DNA of 46,018 nucleotides from an uncultured Mycoplasmatota bacterium (GTDB taxonomy: Bacteria > Bacillota_I > Bacilli_A > RF39 > UBA660), in assembly GCA_900557185.1 (NCBI GenBank), contig USRP01000002.1, positions 1 to 46,018 of the forward strand, written 5' to 3'. The notes under the pieces were generated by a model. That model searched no databases. It worked only from the letters and a program-made list of their open reading frames with translations, and was not told the DNA's origin. Position numbers and translations under genes: made by a program. This document shows positions 16,685-26,754 of the stretch, one piece after another (position 1 is the stretch's first letter; every line of letters begins with the position of its first letter).

Positions 16685-17392
16685 ATGAATGTATATTTAC
16701 TGCAATTATTGGGTAAATGGCTTAGTTTAGTGATGATCGCAGCATTATCATTATTTCATAATATCGGATTTCAAACACATAAAGTAAAGATTGATAATCC
16801 GACCAAAAACATGAATTTAAATGTGGAAAATCAAGTGATTGCCCATGAAACGCAAACGATATATACAAAAAGATTACCAAATGGTGTGACCAAGGTTGTT
16901 ACAGAAGGTCAAGATGGTTTAATTATTCCTCAAGCAGATGGAACTACATCTGTCATTCAAGAAATGATTCCTGCTGTTGTACAGGTAGGAAAGGGAGGAA
17001 AAGAAAGCTATGTTGGAAAAATGTCAGGATATGGTCCTGATTGTCCTGGATGTAGCAAAACAGGAAATGTTTCTTGTCATACAAAAAATGGTGGAAAACA
17101 TAGTTTAATTTATGATGGCATTTATTATCAAGATGAGGAATATGGTAATGTTAGAATTTTAGCAGCAGCCAAAACTGTATTCCCATGTGGTACAATTATA
17201 GAAATTAATAACGGAATTAATCCACCTTTCCTAGGTGTTGTATTAGATAGTGGTAGTAGTATGCAAAAGGCATGGAATAGTAGTCGTACAGTATGGATTG
17301 ATTTAGCGTATGCTACTCAAAATGATGCTAGAAATACAACAACACCTGGAGGAAATGGAATACAATTTACTGTAAAACGTTATGGATTTTAA
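16685..17392 (+). CDS. Secreted or membrane-anchored cell-wall protein with a G5-like segment and a 3D/DPBB-like C-terminal domain (YabE-like)
   Basis: N-terminal TM helix, VVTEGQDGL G5-like stretch, C-terminal FPCGTIIEI...VVLDSGSS...WIDLAY resembling a 3D domain; position after tatD matches yabE. Confidence 0.5.
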   Translation: MNVYLLQLLGKWLSLVMIAALSLFHNIGFQTHKVKIDNPTKNMNLNVENQVIAHETQTIYTKRLPNGVTKVVTEGQDGLIIPQADGTTSVIQEMIPAVVQVGKGGKESYVGKMSGYGPDCPGCSKTGNVSCHTKNGGKHSLIYDGIYYQDEEYGNVRILAAAKTVFPCGTIIEINNGINPPFLGVVLDSGSSMQKAWNSSRTVWIDLAYATQNDARNTTTPGGNGIQFTVKRYGF

Positions 17393-17415
17393 GAGCACTT
17401 TGCTCTTTTTCTTTT
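17391..17415 (+). terminator. Rho-independent terminator after the yabE-like gene
   Basis: AAGAGC / GCTCTT stem plus T-run. Confidence 0.6.
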
Positions 17416-17442
17416 GAAATTTTATTGTATCTCTCCCATAAT
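17414..17442 (+). promoter_or_regulatory. Putative sigma-A promoter TTGAAA-N17-CATAAT for rsmA
   Basis: Hexamers and spacing read directly. Confidence 0.45.
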
Positions 17443-17475
17443 TCAGTTATAATAAAACTCAAGAGGAGATATAGT

Positions 17476-18327
17476 ATGGAGTATTCACCAAATAAAATGC
17501 AACAAAATTTAAATTCTCATCAATTTCACTTTAAAAAGAATTATGGTCAAAATTTTATTATTGATCGTAATGTGATTGAAAAAATCGTTACATCTTGTCA
17601 AATTGATGAAGATACGCTTGTTATCGAAATCGGCCCAGGAGCTGGTTCTTTAACCGTGGGACTTGCTAAATATGCCAAACAAGTACTTTGTTATGAAATC
17701 GATACAACATTACAACCAGTTTTAGAAGATAATTTAAAGTCATTTGCCAATGTCGATATTATTTATGGTGATTTCTTAAAGAGTACTCCTATCGAAGATA
17801 TTAAAAAGTATCAATATTCTAAATTATATGTTATTGGTAATTTACCTTATTATATTACAACTCCTATTATTATGAAGGTAATAGAGGATCATTTACCAGT
17901 TGATAAAATTGTCGTCATGGTTCAAAAAGAGGTAGGAGATCGTTTTAGAGCCAAACCAGGGACAAGAGATTATGGTTCATTTACTGTATTCTTAGATTAT
18001 TATTTTGATGTTCATAAACTTTTAGATGTAAGTCGCAATGTATTTTTACCAAAACCAAATGTCGATAGTATTGTGGTAGAATTTACACGTAAAAAAGAAC
18101 AATTAGAGTTATTGGATGATACTTTCTTCTTTCAATTTGTAAGAGATTGTTTCAAACAGAAGCGAAAAACACTGCGCAATAATTTAAAAAATTATGATTT
18201 AGAAATATTAGAACCGTTATTCCAATCACATGGATATAGTTTACAAGATCGTGCAGAAAAAATACCTTTAGAAATTTTTGTTTCGGTCGTAAATGGATAT
18301 ATTGAAAGAAGGAAACAAGATGATTAG
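17476..18327 (+). CDS. rsmA: 16S rRNA (adenine1518/1519-N6)-dimethyltransferase RsmA/KsgA
   Basis: KKNYGQNFIID, EIGPGAGSLT, GNLPYYITTPI motifs. ATG 17476 has a GAGGAG RBS. Confidence 0.95.
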   Translation: MEYSPNKMQQNLNSHQFHFKKNYGQNFIIDRNVIEKIVTSCQIDEDTLVIEIGPGAGSLTVGLAKYAKQVLCYEIDTTLQPVLEDNLKSFANVDIIYGDFLKSTPIEDIKKYQYSKLYVIGNLPYYITTPIIMKVIEDHLPVDKIVVMVQKEVGDRFRAKPGTRDYGSFTVFLDYYFDVHKLLDVSRNVFLPKPNVDSIVVEFTRKKEQLELLDDTFFFQFVRDCFKQKRKTLRNNLKNYDLEILEPLFQSHGYSLQDRAEKIPLEIFVSVVNGYIERRKQDD

Positions 18328-19342
18328 TGTTATCTACTTTATATTATTTTTAATTTTATTATTTATTTGTTTTATCGTATTGTTAAAATCATTAGATATT
18401 TTATATTTAAAATCTTTCTTTAAAACAATTACTTGTTTACTAATTGTCTTTTTCTCTATTGTCTTTCCTTTCGTAGGAACTTATTGTATTGCTAAAATAT
18501 TATCACACCAAGAAGTTATCGCTTTTTTTGAAGCTACGTATCTAGGTCAAAAAATATATACTTTCTTTGAATATTATTTTTTACCTTTATACATTATTTT
18601 TACTATTATTTCTATTGTAGTTATGGTATTCATTGTTTTAGGGAAAAAGCAAAAACAAACAACGAAACCATTTTTTGTACCAGATGGTCCAAATGTAAGA
18701 GATGATAAGATAGAAATAGAAAAGAATGGTTTTAAAATTCGTCCTTTAAAAGAAGAAGACAAGAAACACTTATTAAATTGGTTGACTGATGAGAAAGTAT
18801 TGGAATATCATGATGGACGTGATGTTAAATACGATGAAGTTTTAATCCAAAAACAATATTATAATCACAAGAATATTTCTAGACATATTTTAGAAAAAGA
18901 TACGGAAGCTGTTGGTTATTTACAATATTATCCACTGACACATGAAGAATTAAGTAAATATGATTTTGGGATTGATACCATTGTATATGGAATTGATGCA
19001 TTTATTGGAATTCCTAAATATTTTAAAAAACACTATGATGACAAGTTTATGATTATGATTCGTGATTATTTATTATCACATGGTGTTGATCTGTTAGTGG
19101 TAGACCCATTGATAGAAAATAAGCGTGATATTACATGTTTTGAAAAATGTGGTTTTGAAATATATCGTATTCTTCCGCATCATCGTTTTCATGAAGGAAC
19201 TCACCACGATTGTTATTTAATGTTATGTACAAAAGAAAAAATGAATACACCGATTATAACGAATAAAAAGAATATTAAGAAAAAGACAAATGCAAAAAAA
19301 ACATCCAGTACGAAGAAGGAAGTGTCAAAAAGGGACAAGTAG
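18320..19342 (+). CDS. Fusion protein: about 4 N-terminal TM helices, an AAC(6')-Ie-like GNAT domain and a Lys-rich tail
   Basis: LLNWLTDEKVLEYHDGRDVKY and IVYGIDAFIG...VVDPLIENKRDITCFEKCGFEI...HEGTHHDCYLM parallel my recollection of AAC(6')-Ie. ATG 18320 overlaps the rsmA stop by 8 nt. Confidence 0.7.
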   Translation: MISVIYFILFLILLFICFIVLLKSLDILYLKSFFKTITCLLIVFFSIVFPFVGTYCIAKILSHQEVIAFFEATYLGQKIYTFFEYYFLPLYIIFTIISIVVMVFIVLGKKQKQTTKPFFVPDGPNVRDDKIEIEKNGFKIRPLKEEDKKHLLNWLTDEKVLEYHDGRDVKYDEVLIQKQYYNHKNISRHILEKDTEAVGYLQYYPLTHEELSKYDFGIDTIVYGIDAFIGIPKYFKKHYDDKFMIMIRDYLLSHGVDLLVVDPLIENKRDITCFEKCGFEIYRILPHHRFHEGTHHDCYLMLCTKEKMNTPIITNKKNIKKKTNAKKTSSTKKEVSKRDK

Positions 19343-19403
19343 TCTCTTTTTTTGACAGAACCAGACATAAAATAGAGTATATGTTTACTTTTTTCTCTTT
19401 TTT

Positions 19404-19432
19404 TTGCACTCCCTATTACTTTGTGTTATCAT
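19404..19432 (+). promoter_or_regulatory. Putative sigma-A promoter TTGCAC-N17-TATCAT (with TG at -15/-14) for ung
   Basis: Hexamers and spacing read directly. Confidence 0.5.
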
Positions 19433-19455
19433 ATATCTGAAAGGAATTTTGATAT

Positions 19456-20106
19456 ATGATTAACAAGAAGTGGGATATTGTTTTAAAAGAGGAAATGAAA
19501 AAAGATTATTTTCGTAAGCTGGGAACATTTGTAAAACATGAATATGCGACGAAAAGATGTTTTCCTGAATATAAAAATATATTTAATGCACTACGTTATA
19601 CTGATTATGATGAAGTAAAAGTAGTCATTTTAGGGCAAGACCCTTATCACGGTATTGGTGAAGCCCATGGTCTTTCTTTTTCGGTACAAGAAGGATGTAA
19701 AAGACCACCATCTTTGGATAATATATTTAAAGAGTTAGAAAGTGACTTACATATTCATCGTGAAAATAATGATTTAACGGATTGGGCCAAACAAGGCGTG
19801 CTTCTATTAAACTCAATTATGTCTGTGCAAATGGATCGTCCATTATCTCATCAAAATCATGGCTGGGAAATGTTTACAGATGCGATTATTTCTAAACTAA
19901 ACGAAAGAGAAAAGCCAGTTATCTTTGTCTTTTGGGGTAGTTATGCACGTAGTAAGAAAGTACTAATTACAAATCCACAACATAAAATTATAGAGAGTGT
20001 GCATCCTTCTCCTTTATCTGCATATCGTGGTTTTTTTGGTAGTAGACCATTTTCTAAAATCAATCGATATTTAAAAGAAATTGGTGAGAAAGAGATTCAG
20101 TGGTAA
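19456..20106 (+). CDS. ung: Uracil-DNA glycosylase (family 1)
   Basis: VILGQDPYHG water-activating loop, HPSPLSA leucine loop. Confidence 0.95.
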   Translation: MINKKWDIVLKEEMKKDYFRKLGTFVKHEYATKRCFPEYKNIFNALRYTDYDEVKVVILGQDPYHGIGEAHGLSFSVQEGCKRPPSLDNIFKELESDLHIHRENNDLTDWAKQGVLLLNSIMSVQMDRPLSHQNHGWEMFTDAIISKLNEREKPVIFVFWGSYARSKKVLITNPQHKIIESVHPSPLSAYRGFFGSRPFSKINRYLKEIGEKEIQW

Positions 20107-21455
20107 TGATGAACGAAGTATTTAATTTTTTAAAGTCACTTTCATTTCATGATAATGATACGGTAGTGGTTGCTGTCTCTGGTGGACCAGATTCAATGTC
20201 TTTACTCCATTTGCTATTACAGTTAAGAGAACAAGTAAAAATTCGTATTGTGTGTGCTCATGTTCATCATAATGTTCGTGTCGAAAGTGATCAAGAAAAA
20301 GAATTTGTAGAATCTTATTGTAAAGAACATCAAATTCTCTTTGAATATTTTAAAATAAAAAACTATTCTCATAATAATTTTCACCAAGAAGCTCGTACCA
20401 TTCGTTATCAATTTTTTGAACAAGCTGTAAATAAATATCACGCAACTTATCTCATGACTGCACATCATGGTGATGACCTCATCGAAACAATTTTAATGAG
20501 ACTCGTGAGGGGTTCTTCTTTATATGGGTATCATGGTTTTTCTAGAGTGACAGAGTTATCGGATTATACATTAGTACGTCCTTTGATTACGGTTACGAGA
20601 GAAGAGATTATGAAATATATTGATCAATATCAGATTCCTTATGTTACCGATATGAGTAATTATAAAGACGATTATACGAGAAATCGTTATCGTAAGTATA
20701 TTGTTCCAAAGTTAAAAGAGGAAAATCCACAAGTTCATAAGAAATTTTTAAATTTTAGTACAACTTTATTAGAATGTAGTCATTATGTAAAAAATTTGGT
20801 TCAAAATAAAGAAGGAACAGTATTTCAAGAACGTACATTGTTTTTGGATTTATGGAAACGTGAAGATTCTTTTATGCAGGAACAAATAATTCAATTTTTA
20901 TTGGAAAGAGTCTATGAAGGAAGATTAAATCAAATTTGTGGACAGCATGTCTATAATATAAAGAAGTTTTTATTAGAAGGTAAAAACAATTCACATATAA
21001 CTTTACCAGACCATGTTTTTTTGGTAAAAGAATATAATCGAGCTTATTTTATAGATACGATGTCGTCTATTCAAGAATATCAATTTGAATTACAAGACCA
21101 GTTACGATTACCAAATGGTTATGTAATTGAAAAAGTGGAGGAAACAGAAAAAGACGATAATGATACTTGTCGTTTAGATATAAATGAAATCGTATTACCA
21201 CTTTATGTCCGTACTAGAAAATCAGGTGATCGTATGGATGTGAAAGGGCTATCCGGTACGAAAAAAATAAACGATATTTTTACGGATGAGAAAATCGAAA
21301 AACCAATTCGTGATACATGGCCAATTGTCGTAGATGCGACGGGAAAAATACTTTGGTTACCAGGCCTAAAAAAAACGAAATTTGATAGAACAAAAAATGG
21401 AAAGTATGATATAATACTAAGGTATTCTTTGAAGAAGGAGGGTTTGGATGAATAA
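20106..21455 (+). CDS. tilS: tRNA(Ile)-lysidine synthetase
   Basis: PP-loop VAVSGGPDSMSL, TAHHGDD; precedes ftsH as in Bacillus, but with no hprT between. Alternative GTG start at 20100. Confidence 0.9.
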   Translation: MMNEVFNFLKSLSFHDNDTVVVAVSGGPDSMSLLHLLLQLREQVKIRIVCAHVHHNVRVESDQEKEFVESYCKEHQILFEYFKIKNYSHNNFHQEARTIRYQFFEQAVNKYHATYLMTAHHGDDLIETILMRLVRGSSLYGYHGFSRVTELSDYTLVRPLITVTREEIMKYIDQYQIPYVTDMSNYKDDYTRNRYRKYIVPKLKEENPQVHKKFLNFSTTLLECSHYVKNLVQNKEGTVFQERTLFLDLWKREDSFMQEQIIQFLLERVYEGRLNQICGQHVYNIKKFLLEGKNNSHITLPDHVFLVKEYNRAYFIDTMSSIQEYQFELQDQLRLPNGYVIEKVEETEKDDNDTCRLDINEIVLPLYVRTRKSGDRMDVKGLSGTKKINDIFTDEKIEKPIRDTWPIVVDATGKILWLPGLKKTKFDRTKNGKYDIILRYSLKKEGLDE

Positions 21456-23487
21456 AAAAGCCATTAAAAAAGGAATATTTCCATATGTAATTTTATTAAT
21501 GATTATGTTTGCAATCCTATACTTTTTTAATACAATGAATCGTAGAGTGAATGTATTAACTTATGATAAATTCATGGAACAAGCAAACAAAGGGAAAGTA
21601 GAAGAAGTTTTAGTAACACCACGTTCTCGTGCAAGTGTGTATGAGATTTCTGGTACGATGAAAGGATATAAAGACAATGAATCATTCTTTTTGAGAGTAC
21701 CATTAGATAGTGATGTGATGTCAGAAATTTTAGATATTCAAAAAGAAGAAGGATTTACATTAGATACATCTTCTGATCCAGAATCTAGTACATTCCTATT
21801 ATTTTTAGTAAATGTTCTTCCAATGGTTATTTTAGTAGGTGGAGCATTCTTCTTAATTACAAGACAAATGGGTAGTGCGAATAAATCAATGGATTTTGGA
21901 CGTAGTCGTGCTCGTTTGAATGAAGATAGTAAGAAAGTGACGTTTAAAGATGTTGCTGGTTTAGATGAGGAAAAAGAAGAAGTTGCTGAATTAATTGACT
22001 TCTTAAAAAGTCCTAAGAAATTCCAACGTTTAGGAGCTCGTATTCCCAAAGGAGTATTATTAGTTGGTCCTCCAGGAACAGGTAAAACATTACTTGCTCG
22101 TGCAGTAGCAGGAGAAGCAAATGTACCATTCTATTACATCAGTGGTTCTGAATTCGTAGAATTATTCGTCGGAGTAGGAGCAAGCCGTGTTAGAGATATG
22201 TTTAAACAAGCAAAACACAATGCTCCATGTTTAATCTTTATCGATGAAATCGATGCGGTAGGACGTCAAAGAGGTGCTGGTTTAGGTGGCGGTCATGATG
22301 AACGTGAACAAACATTAAACCAATTATTAACAGAGATGGATGGATTTGGTTCTAATGAAGGAATTATAATTATTGCTGCAACAAACCGTCCAGATGTATT
22401 AGACCCTGCTTTACTTCGTCCAGGTCGTTTTGATCGCCAAGTAACAGTAAATTTACCTGATGTAAAAGGAAGAGAAGAAATCTTAAAAGTACATGCTAGA
22501 GGTAAAACATTCTCTCCAAACGTTTCACTTGCTAATATTGCCAAAAGAACTGTTGGATTTAGTGGAGCAGATTTAGAGAACTTATTAAATGAAGCTGCCC
22601 TTTTAGCAGTAAGACGTAATAAAAATCAAATTACAATGGCTGAAATCGATGAAGCACATGACCGTGTTATGATGGGACCTGCTAAGAAGAGCCATAAATA
22701 TACTGAAAAAGAAAAACGTACAGTCGCATACCACGAAGCTGGTCATGCTGTATTAGGTATTAAATTAGATAATGCCAACGAAGTACAAAAGATTACAATT
22801 GTACCAAGAGGAAATGCTGGTGGATATAACTTAATGCTTCCAAAAGAAGAAACATATCTATCAACAAAACAAGAATTATTAGAACGTATTATGGGACTTC
22901 TTGGTGGTCGTGTTGCCGAAGAAATCGTATTTAACGAAGTAACAACAGGAGCACATAATGATTTTGAACAAGCAACAAAAATTGCTCGTGCTATGGTAAC
23001 AGAATATGGTATGAGTGATTTAGGACCAGTTCAATTTGAACATCAAGAAAGTAGTGTGTTCTTAGGCAGAGATTATAATAAGAGTCGTAATTTCTCAGGT
23101 CAAGTAGCATTCGAAATCGATCAAGAACAACGTAAGATTATCAATGAGTGTTATGAAAAAGCAAAGAAAGTCATTAAAGAAAATCGTGATTTACTTGACT
23201 TAATTGCCAATGCATTACTTGAAAATGAAACACTTACAAAAGAACAAATCGATTACTTAGTAGAAAATGGTAAGATGCCAGAAGAAGAGAAAGATGAGCA
23301 TCATGATGATGAGAATCAAAATCAAGATGATACAACGACTTCTGATTTCGAAGAACTTTCTTACCAAGATTTAAGTAAAGAGCTTCTTTATGAACTTTGT
23401 CAAGAAAGAAATATTGAAGCAACAAAAGATATGGATAAAGAAACACTTGTAAAATTATTACAAGAAGATGATAAAGAGGATGAATAA
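21448..23487 (+). CDS. ftsH: ATP-dependent zinc metalloprotease FtsH, with an additional acidic linker and a SAP/Rho_N-like C-terminal module
   Basis: Two TM helices, Walker [17 protein letters not shown] zinc site; 679 aa. Confidence 0.97.
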   Translation: MNKKAIKKGIFPYVILLMIMFAILYFFNTMNRRVNVLTYDKFMEQANKGKVEEVLVTPRSRASVYEISGTMKGYKDNESFFLRVPLDSDVMSEILDIQKEEGFTLDTSSDPESSTFLLFLVNVLPMVILVGGAFFLITRQMGSANKSMDFGRSRARLNEDSKKVTFKDVAGLDEEKEEVAELIDFLKSPKKFQRLGARIPKGVLLVGPPGTGKTLLARAVAGEANVPFYYISGSEFVELFVGVGASRVRDMFKQAKHNAPCLIFIDEIDAVGRQRGAGLGGGHDEREQTLNQLLTEMDGFGSNEGIIIIAATNRPDVLDPALLRPGRFDRQVTVNLPDVKGREEILKVHARGKTFSPNVSLANIAKRTVGFSGADLENLLNEAALLAVRRNKNQITMAEIDEAHDRVMMGPAKKSHKYTEKEKRTVAYHEAGHAVLGIKLDNANEVQKITIVPRGNAGGYNLMLPKEETYLSTKQELLERIMGLLGGRVAEEIVFNEVTTGAHNDFEQATKIARAMVTEYGMSDLGPVQFEHQESSVFLGRDYNKSRNFSGQVAFEIDQEQRKIINECYEKAKKVIKENRDLLDLIANALLENETLTKEQIDYLVENGKMPEEEKDEHHDDENQNQDDTTTSDFEELSYQDLSKELLYELCQERNIEATKDMDKETLVKLLQEDDKEDE

Positions 23488-23502
23488 ATCCTCTTTTCTT
23501 TT
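23473..23502 (+). terminator. ftsH terminator
   Basis: AAAGAGGAT / ATCCTCTTT stem around the stop codon, T-rich tail. Confidence 0.6.
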
Positions 23503-23509
23503 AAAATGA

Positions 23510-23539
23510 TTGACTATTAGAAGAAAAATGAGATATAAT
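23510..23539 (+). promoter_or_regulatory. Putative sigma-A promoter TTGACT-N18-TATAAT for the lipoprotein gene
   Basis: Hexamers and spacing read directly. Confidence 0.5.
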
Positions 23540-23568
23540 GGACATATAATAGAAAGAGGGTTTCTATC

Positions 23569-23988
23569 ATGAGAAAGAATGTTGAAAAATTTTCAAAACT
23601 ATTTATTTGTCTATTGGCACTTGTATTTGTCGTAACGGGTTGTGGTTGTGATAAGAAAGAAGAACCAAAGAAAGAAAATAAGACAGTAGAATCTAAGGTA
23701 ACAACATTAGATGATCAGACTGTAGAAGGATTAAAAATTTCTGGTTTAAGTATTACTTATAAGGATGGTATTAGTAAAATTGTAGCCAATGTCGAAAATA
23801 CAACAGACCAGACAATTAACCTTACAAATATTGGTATTAACCTATATGACAAGAATGATAAGTTGTTAATTGAAACACTTGGTTATATTGGAGAAAGCAT
23901 TGAACCAGGTGATAATAAACAAATTATTTCTGATGTAACAGAAGATTTAAGGAGTGCTACAAAAGTAGAATATAAAATTGCAAGATAA
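23569..23988 (+). CDS. Small lipoprotein, possibly FxLYD-domain type
   Basis: Signal peptide with lipobox VVTGC; INLYD motif within a beta-rich roughly 100-aa domain. Confidence 0.6.
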   Translation: MRKNVEKFSKLFICLLALVFVVTGCGCDKKEEPKKENKTVESKVTTLDDQTVEGLKISGLSITYKDGISKIVANVENTTDQTINLTNIGINLYDKNDKLLIETLGYIGESIEPGDNKQIISDVTEDLRSATKVEYKIAR

Positions 23989-24002
23989 GTTCTTGCTTTT
24001 TT
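23980..24002 (+). terminator. Terminator after the lipoprotein gene
   Basis: GCAAGA / TCTTGC stem plus T-run. Confidence 0.65.
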
Positions 24003-24074
24003 ATTTGAAACATGGACAATGACTAGAAACTTTGATACAATATAAGTTAGATATGATTAGAAAATGGTGGTATT

Positions 24075-24860
24075 ATGGGAAAGGTAATTTCGCTTGTAAA
24101 TCAAAAAGGCGGAGTTGGAAAAACAACTTCAAGTATTAATTTAGCAGCATCCCTTGGAGTATTAAAAAAGAAAGTATTGTTAATTGATTTAGATCCACAA
24201 GGAAATACAACGACAGGAGTAGGTATTAACAAAGCAGATATTAATAAAAGCATTTATGATTTAATAATTGATGAAGCAACATTAGATGAGGTTATCGTAA
24301 AGACAAAGTTTAAAAATTTGTATGTAATCCCAGCTACCATCAATTTAGCAGGTGCTGATATTGAATTAATTGATAAAAGTAAAATGGATCCAACTTTTGT
24401 GAAAGGTGCACAATTAAAAAAACATATTGATGAAATAAGAGATGTATTTGATTTCATTATTATTGATTGTCCACCTTCTTTAGGTATTTTAACAACCAAT
24501 GCGTTAACTGCATCTGATAGTGTCATTATTCCAGTACAATGTGAATTTTTTGCGTTGGAAGGAATTATGCAACTATTGAATACAATTATGTTAGCGCAAA
24601 AGAATTTGAATCCAAATTTAACAATCGAAGGGGTATTACTAACAATGTTAGATTCTAGAACAAATTTAGGACTAGAAGTTGTAGAAGATATTAAGAGTTA
24701 TTTTAAAGAACGTGTTTATGACACAATTATTCCAAGATTAGTTCGTTTATCAGAAGCACCTAGTCATGGGGAACCAATTTTAGTATATGATCCACAGAGT
24801 AGAGGAACAGAAGCTTATTTAAATCTTGCAAAGGAAGTGATTGAAAGAAATGGAAACTAG
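24075..24860 (+). CDS. soj: Chromosome partitioning ATPase ParA/Soj
   Basis: Deviant Walker A NQKGGVGKTT, DCPPSLG; followed by parB. Confidence 0.95.
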   Translation: MGKVISLVNQKGGVGKTTSSINLAASLGVLKKKVLLIDLDPQGNTTTGVGINKADINKSIYDLIIDEATLDEVIVKTKFKNLYVIPATINLAGADIELIDKSKMDPTFVKGAQLKKHIDEIRDVFDFIIIDCPPSLGILTTNALTASDSVIIPVQCEFFALEGIMQLLNTIMLAQKNLNPNLTIEGVLLTMLDSRTNLGLEVVEDIKSYFKERVYDTIIPRLVRLSEAPSHGEPILVYDPQSRGTEAYLNLAKEVIERNGN

Positions 24861-25734
24861 AAAAAGAGCGCTAGGAAAAGGACTAGAACAATTATTTAAT
24901 TCGGAAGCAATCGATGTCAATGAACTAGAAAAACAAATCTATGAAACAACACCAAAAGAAGAAATTGTCGAACTTGATATCAATGAGTTAAGACCAAACC
25001 CATATCAACCTCGTACTGTATTTAATGAAGAACACTTACAAGAACTAGCATCTTCTATTAAAGAACACGGTGTATTCCAACCAATTATCGTTAAGAAAAG
25101 TATTAAAGGGTATGATATTATAGCTGGAGAACGTCGTTATCGTGCTAGTAAAATGGCTGGTCTTACAAAGATTCCAGCAATTATTCGTACGTTTACGGAT
25201 AGTCAAATGATGGAAATTGCGCTCTTAGAAAATTTACAACGTGAAAATTTAAGTCCAATTGAAGAAGCCAAAGCATACCAAAGTATGATTGAACATCTTC
25301 ATCTAACACAAGACGAACTATCTAAAAAAGTAGGAAAAAGTAGAAGTCATTTAACAAATATGTTAGGACTATTACGATTACCAAACGAAGTTCAAAACTT
25401 AGTAAACGATGAAAAATTATCTATGGGGCATGCGAGAGCTCTAAGTAAATTAGAAGATGAACATCAAATCTTGGAAATGGCACATGAAATAACAGAAAAG
25501 AAATTACCTGTCCGTGCCGTTGAAGATAAAATCCAAGAAGGTACTTTTGAGAAAAAAGTAAAAATCCATCGTCGTGAGACTCCAAAGAAGTTAGATTATA
25601 AATACGCAGAAGACTTATTACGTGATAAATTAGATACAAAAGTTCGTATTCGCGACAAGAAAATAGAAATTCACTTCACAAATGTTGCAGATTTAAATCG
25701 AATTTTAGAAATTATTCAAGTAAAGGAGTCATAG
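24850..25734 (+). CDS. spo0J: Chromosome partitioning protein ParB/Spo0J
   Basis: N-terminus RALGKGLEQLF, arginine patch GERRYRA, HTH LTQDELSKKVGKSRSHLTNMLGLLRL. Alternative TTG start at 24841. Confidence 0.9.
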   Translation: METRKRALGKGLEQLFNSEAIDVNELEKQIYETTPKEEIVELDINELRPNPYQPRTVFNEEHLQELASSIKEHGVFQPIIVKKSIKGYDIIAGERRYRASKMAGLTKIPAIIRTFTDSQMMEIALLENLQRENLSPIEEAKAYQSMIEHLHLTQDELSKKVGKSRSHLTNMLGLLRLPNEVQNLVNDEKLSMGHARALSKLEDEHQILEMAHEITEKKLPVRAVEDKIQEGTFEKKVKIHRRETPKKLDYKYAEDLLRDKLDTKVRIRDKKIEIHFTNVADLNRILEIIQVKES

Positions 25735-25737
25735 TCT

Positions 25738-26577
25738 ATGGAAGGTATTTTAAATGTATTGAATACAATATCCGAAAAAATAATGGTAAAAGAAATTGTT
25801 GGACCTATTCTAGTTATTTGTATTTCTATTTTAGTAAATGGTATTATTAAAAACTTTGTCCACCGTTTCTTTCATATTGATAAGAAGAAATTTAAAACAA
25901 AAGAAGAAAAAAGAACGGTTACAGTTGTTACATTAATTACAAATATTATTAAATATGTTATTATTTTAATTGATGTCATTATTATTTTAGGTATTTATGG
26001 AATTCCAACCGCTTCTATTATCGCATCTTTAGGAGCAGTCGGAGTTGTTTTAGGACTTGCTTTACAAGATACATTAAAAGATTTTGTATCAGGATTTTTT
26101 ATCATTACTGATAATTTATATCGTATGGGAGACTGGATTGAAATTGGTGACTTTGAAGGAGAAGTTATCAATATTGGTTTAAAGACAACACAAATTCGTG
26201 CATATACCGGAGAAGTTAAAATTATTTCTAATCGTACTGTTACAGAAGTAATTAACTATAATTTATCAAATACACTTGCAATTGTTGATATACCAATTCC
26301 ATATGAAGAAGATTATGAAAAAGCAGAACAAGTTTTAAAAGACTTATGTGTGAAGTTAACCGACACATTGGATAAAATTAGGGGAACAGTTACTTTACTT
26401 GGTATTAATGAATATAATGAAAAAGGACTTGTCTATCGTATTACAGTAGATACAGTTCCAACAGAACATTACGGTGTTCAAAGAGAAATTAGAAAACAAG
26501 TAAAACAAGTATTAGATCAAAATAAAATTCAAATGGGATATCCACAGGTGGTGGTACATGATGGAAAAAGATTATAA
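25738..26577 (+). CDS. Small-conductance mechanosensitive channel (MscS family)
   Basis: 3 TM helices followed by the MscS beta-domain signature (GDWIEIGDFEGEVINIGLKTTQIR). Confidence 0.8.
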   Translation: MEGILNVLNTISEKIMVKEIVGPILVICISILVNGIIKNFVHRFFHIDKKKFKTKEEKRTVTVVTLITNIIKYVIILIDVIIILGIYGIPTASIIASLGAVGVVLGLALQDTLKDFVSGFFIITDNLYRMGDWIEIGDFEGEVINIGLKTTQIRAYTGEVKIISNRTVTEVINYNLSNTLAIVDIPIPYEEDYEKAEQVLKDLCVKLTDTLDKIRGTVTLLGINEYNEKGLVYRITVDTVPTEHYGVQREIRKQVKQVLDQNKIQMGYPQVVVHDGKRL

Positions 26578-26743
26578 ATTAGGAAGTATTGTAACAATGA
26601 AAAAAGAACATCCGTGTGGAACGAATGAGTGGGAGATTATACGAGTAGGAGCAGATATTAAAATTAAATGTCGTAAATGTGGTCGAACAATTATGATGCC
26701 TCGTATTGAATTTAACCGTAAACTGAAGAAAGTATTAGACTGA
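26558..26743 (+). CDS. DUF951 (YyzM-like) small zinc-ribbon protein
   Basis: 61 aa; HPCG...CRKCGR motif; located upstream of ychF as yyzM is in B. subtilis. Confidence 0.7.
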   Translation: MMEKDYKLGSIVTMKKEHPCGTNEWEIIRVGADIKIKCRKCGRTIMMPRIEFNRKLKKVLD

Positions 26744-26754
26744 TAGGAGGCATT

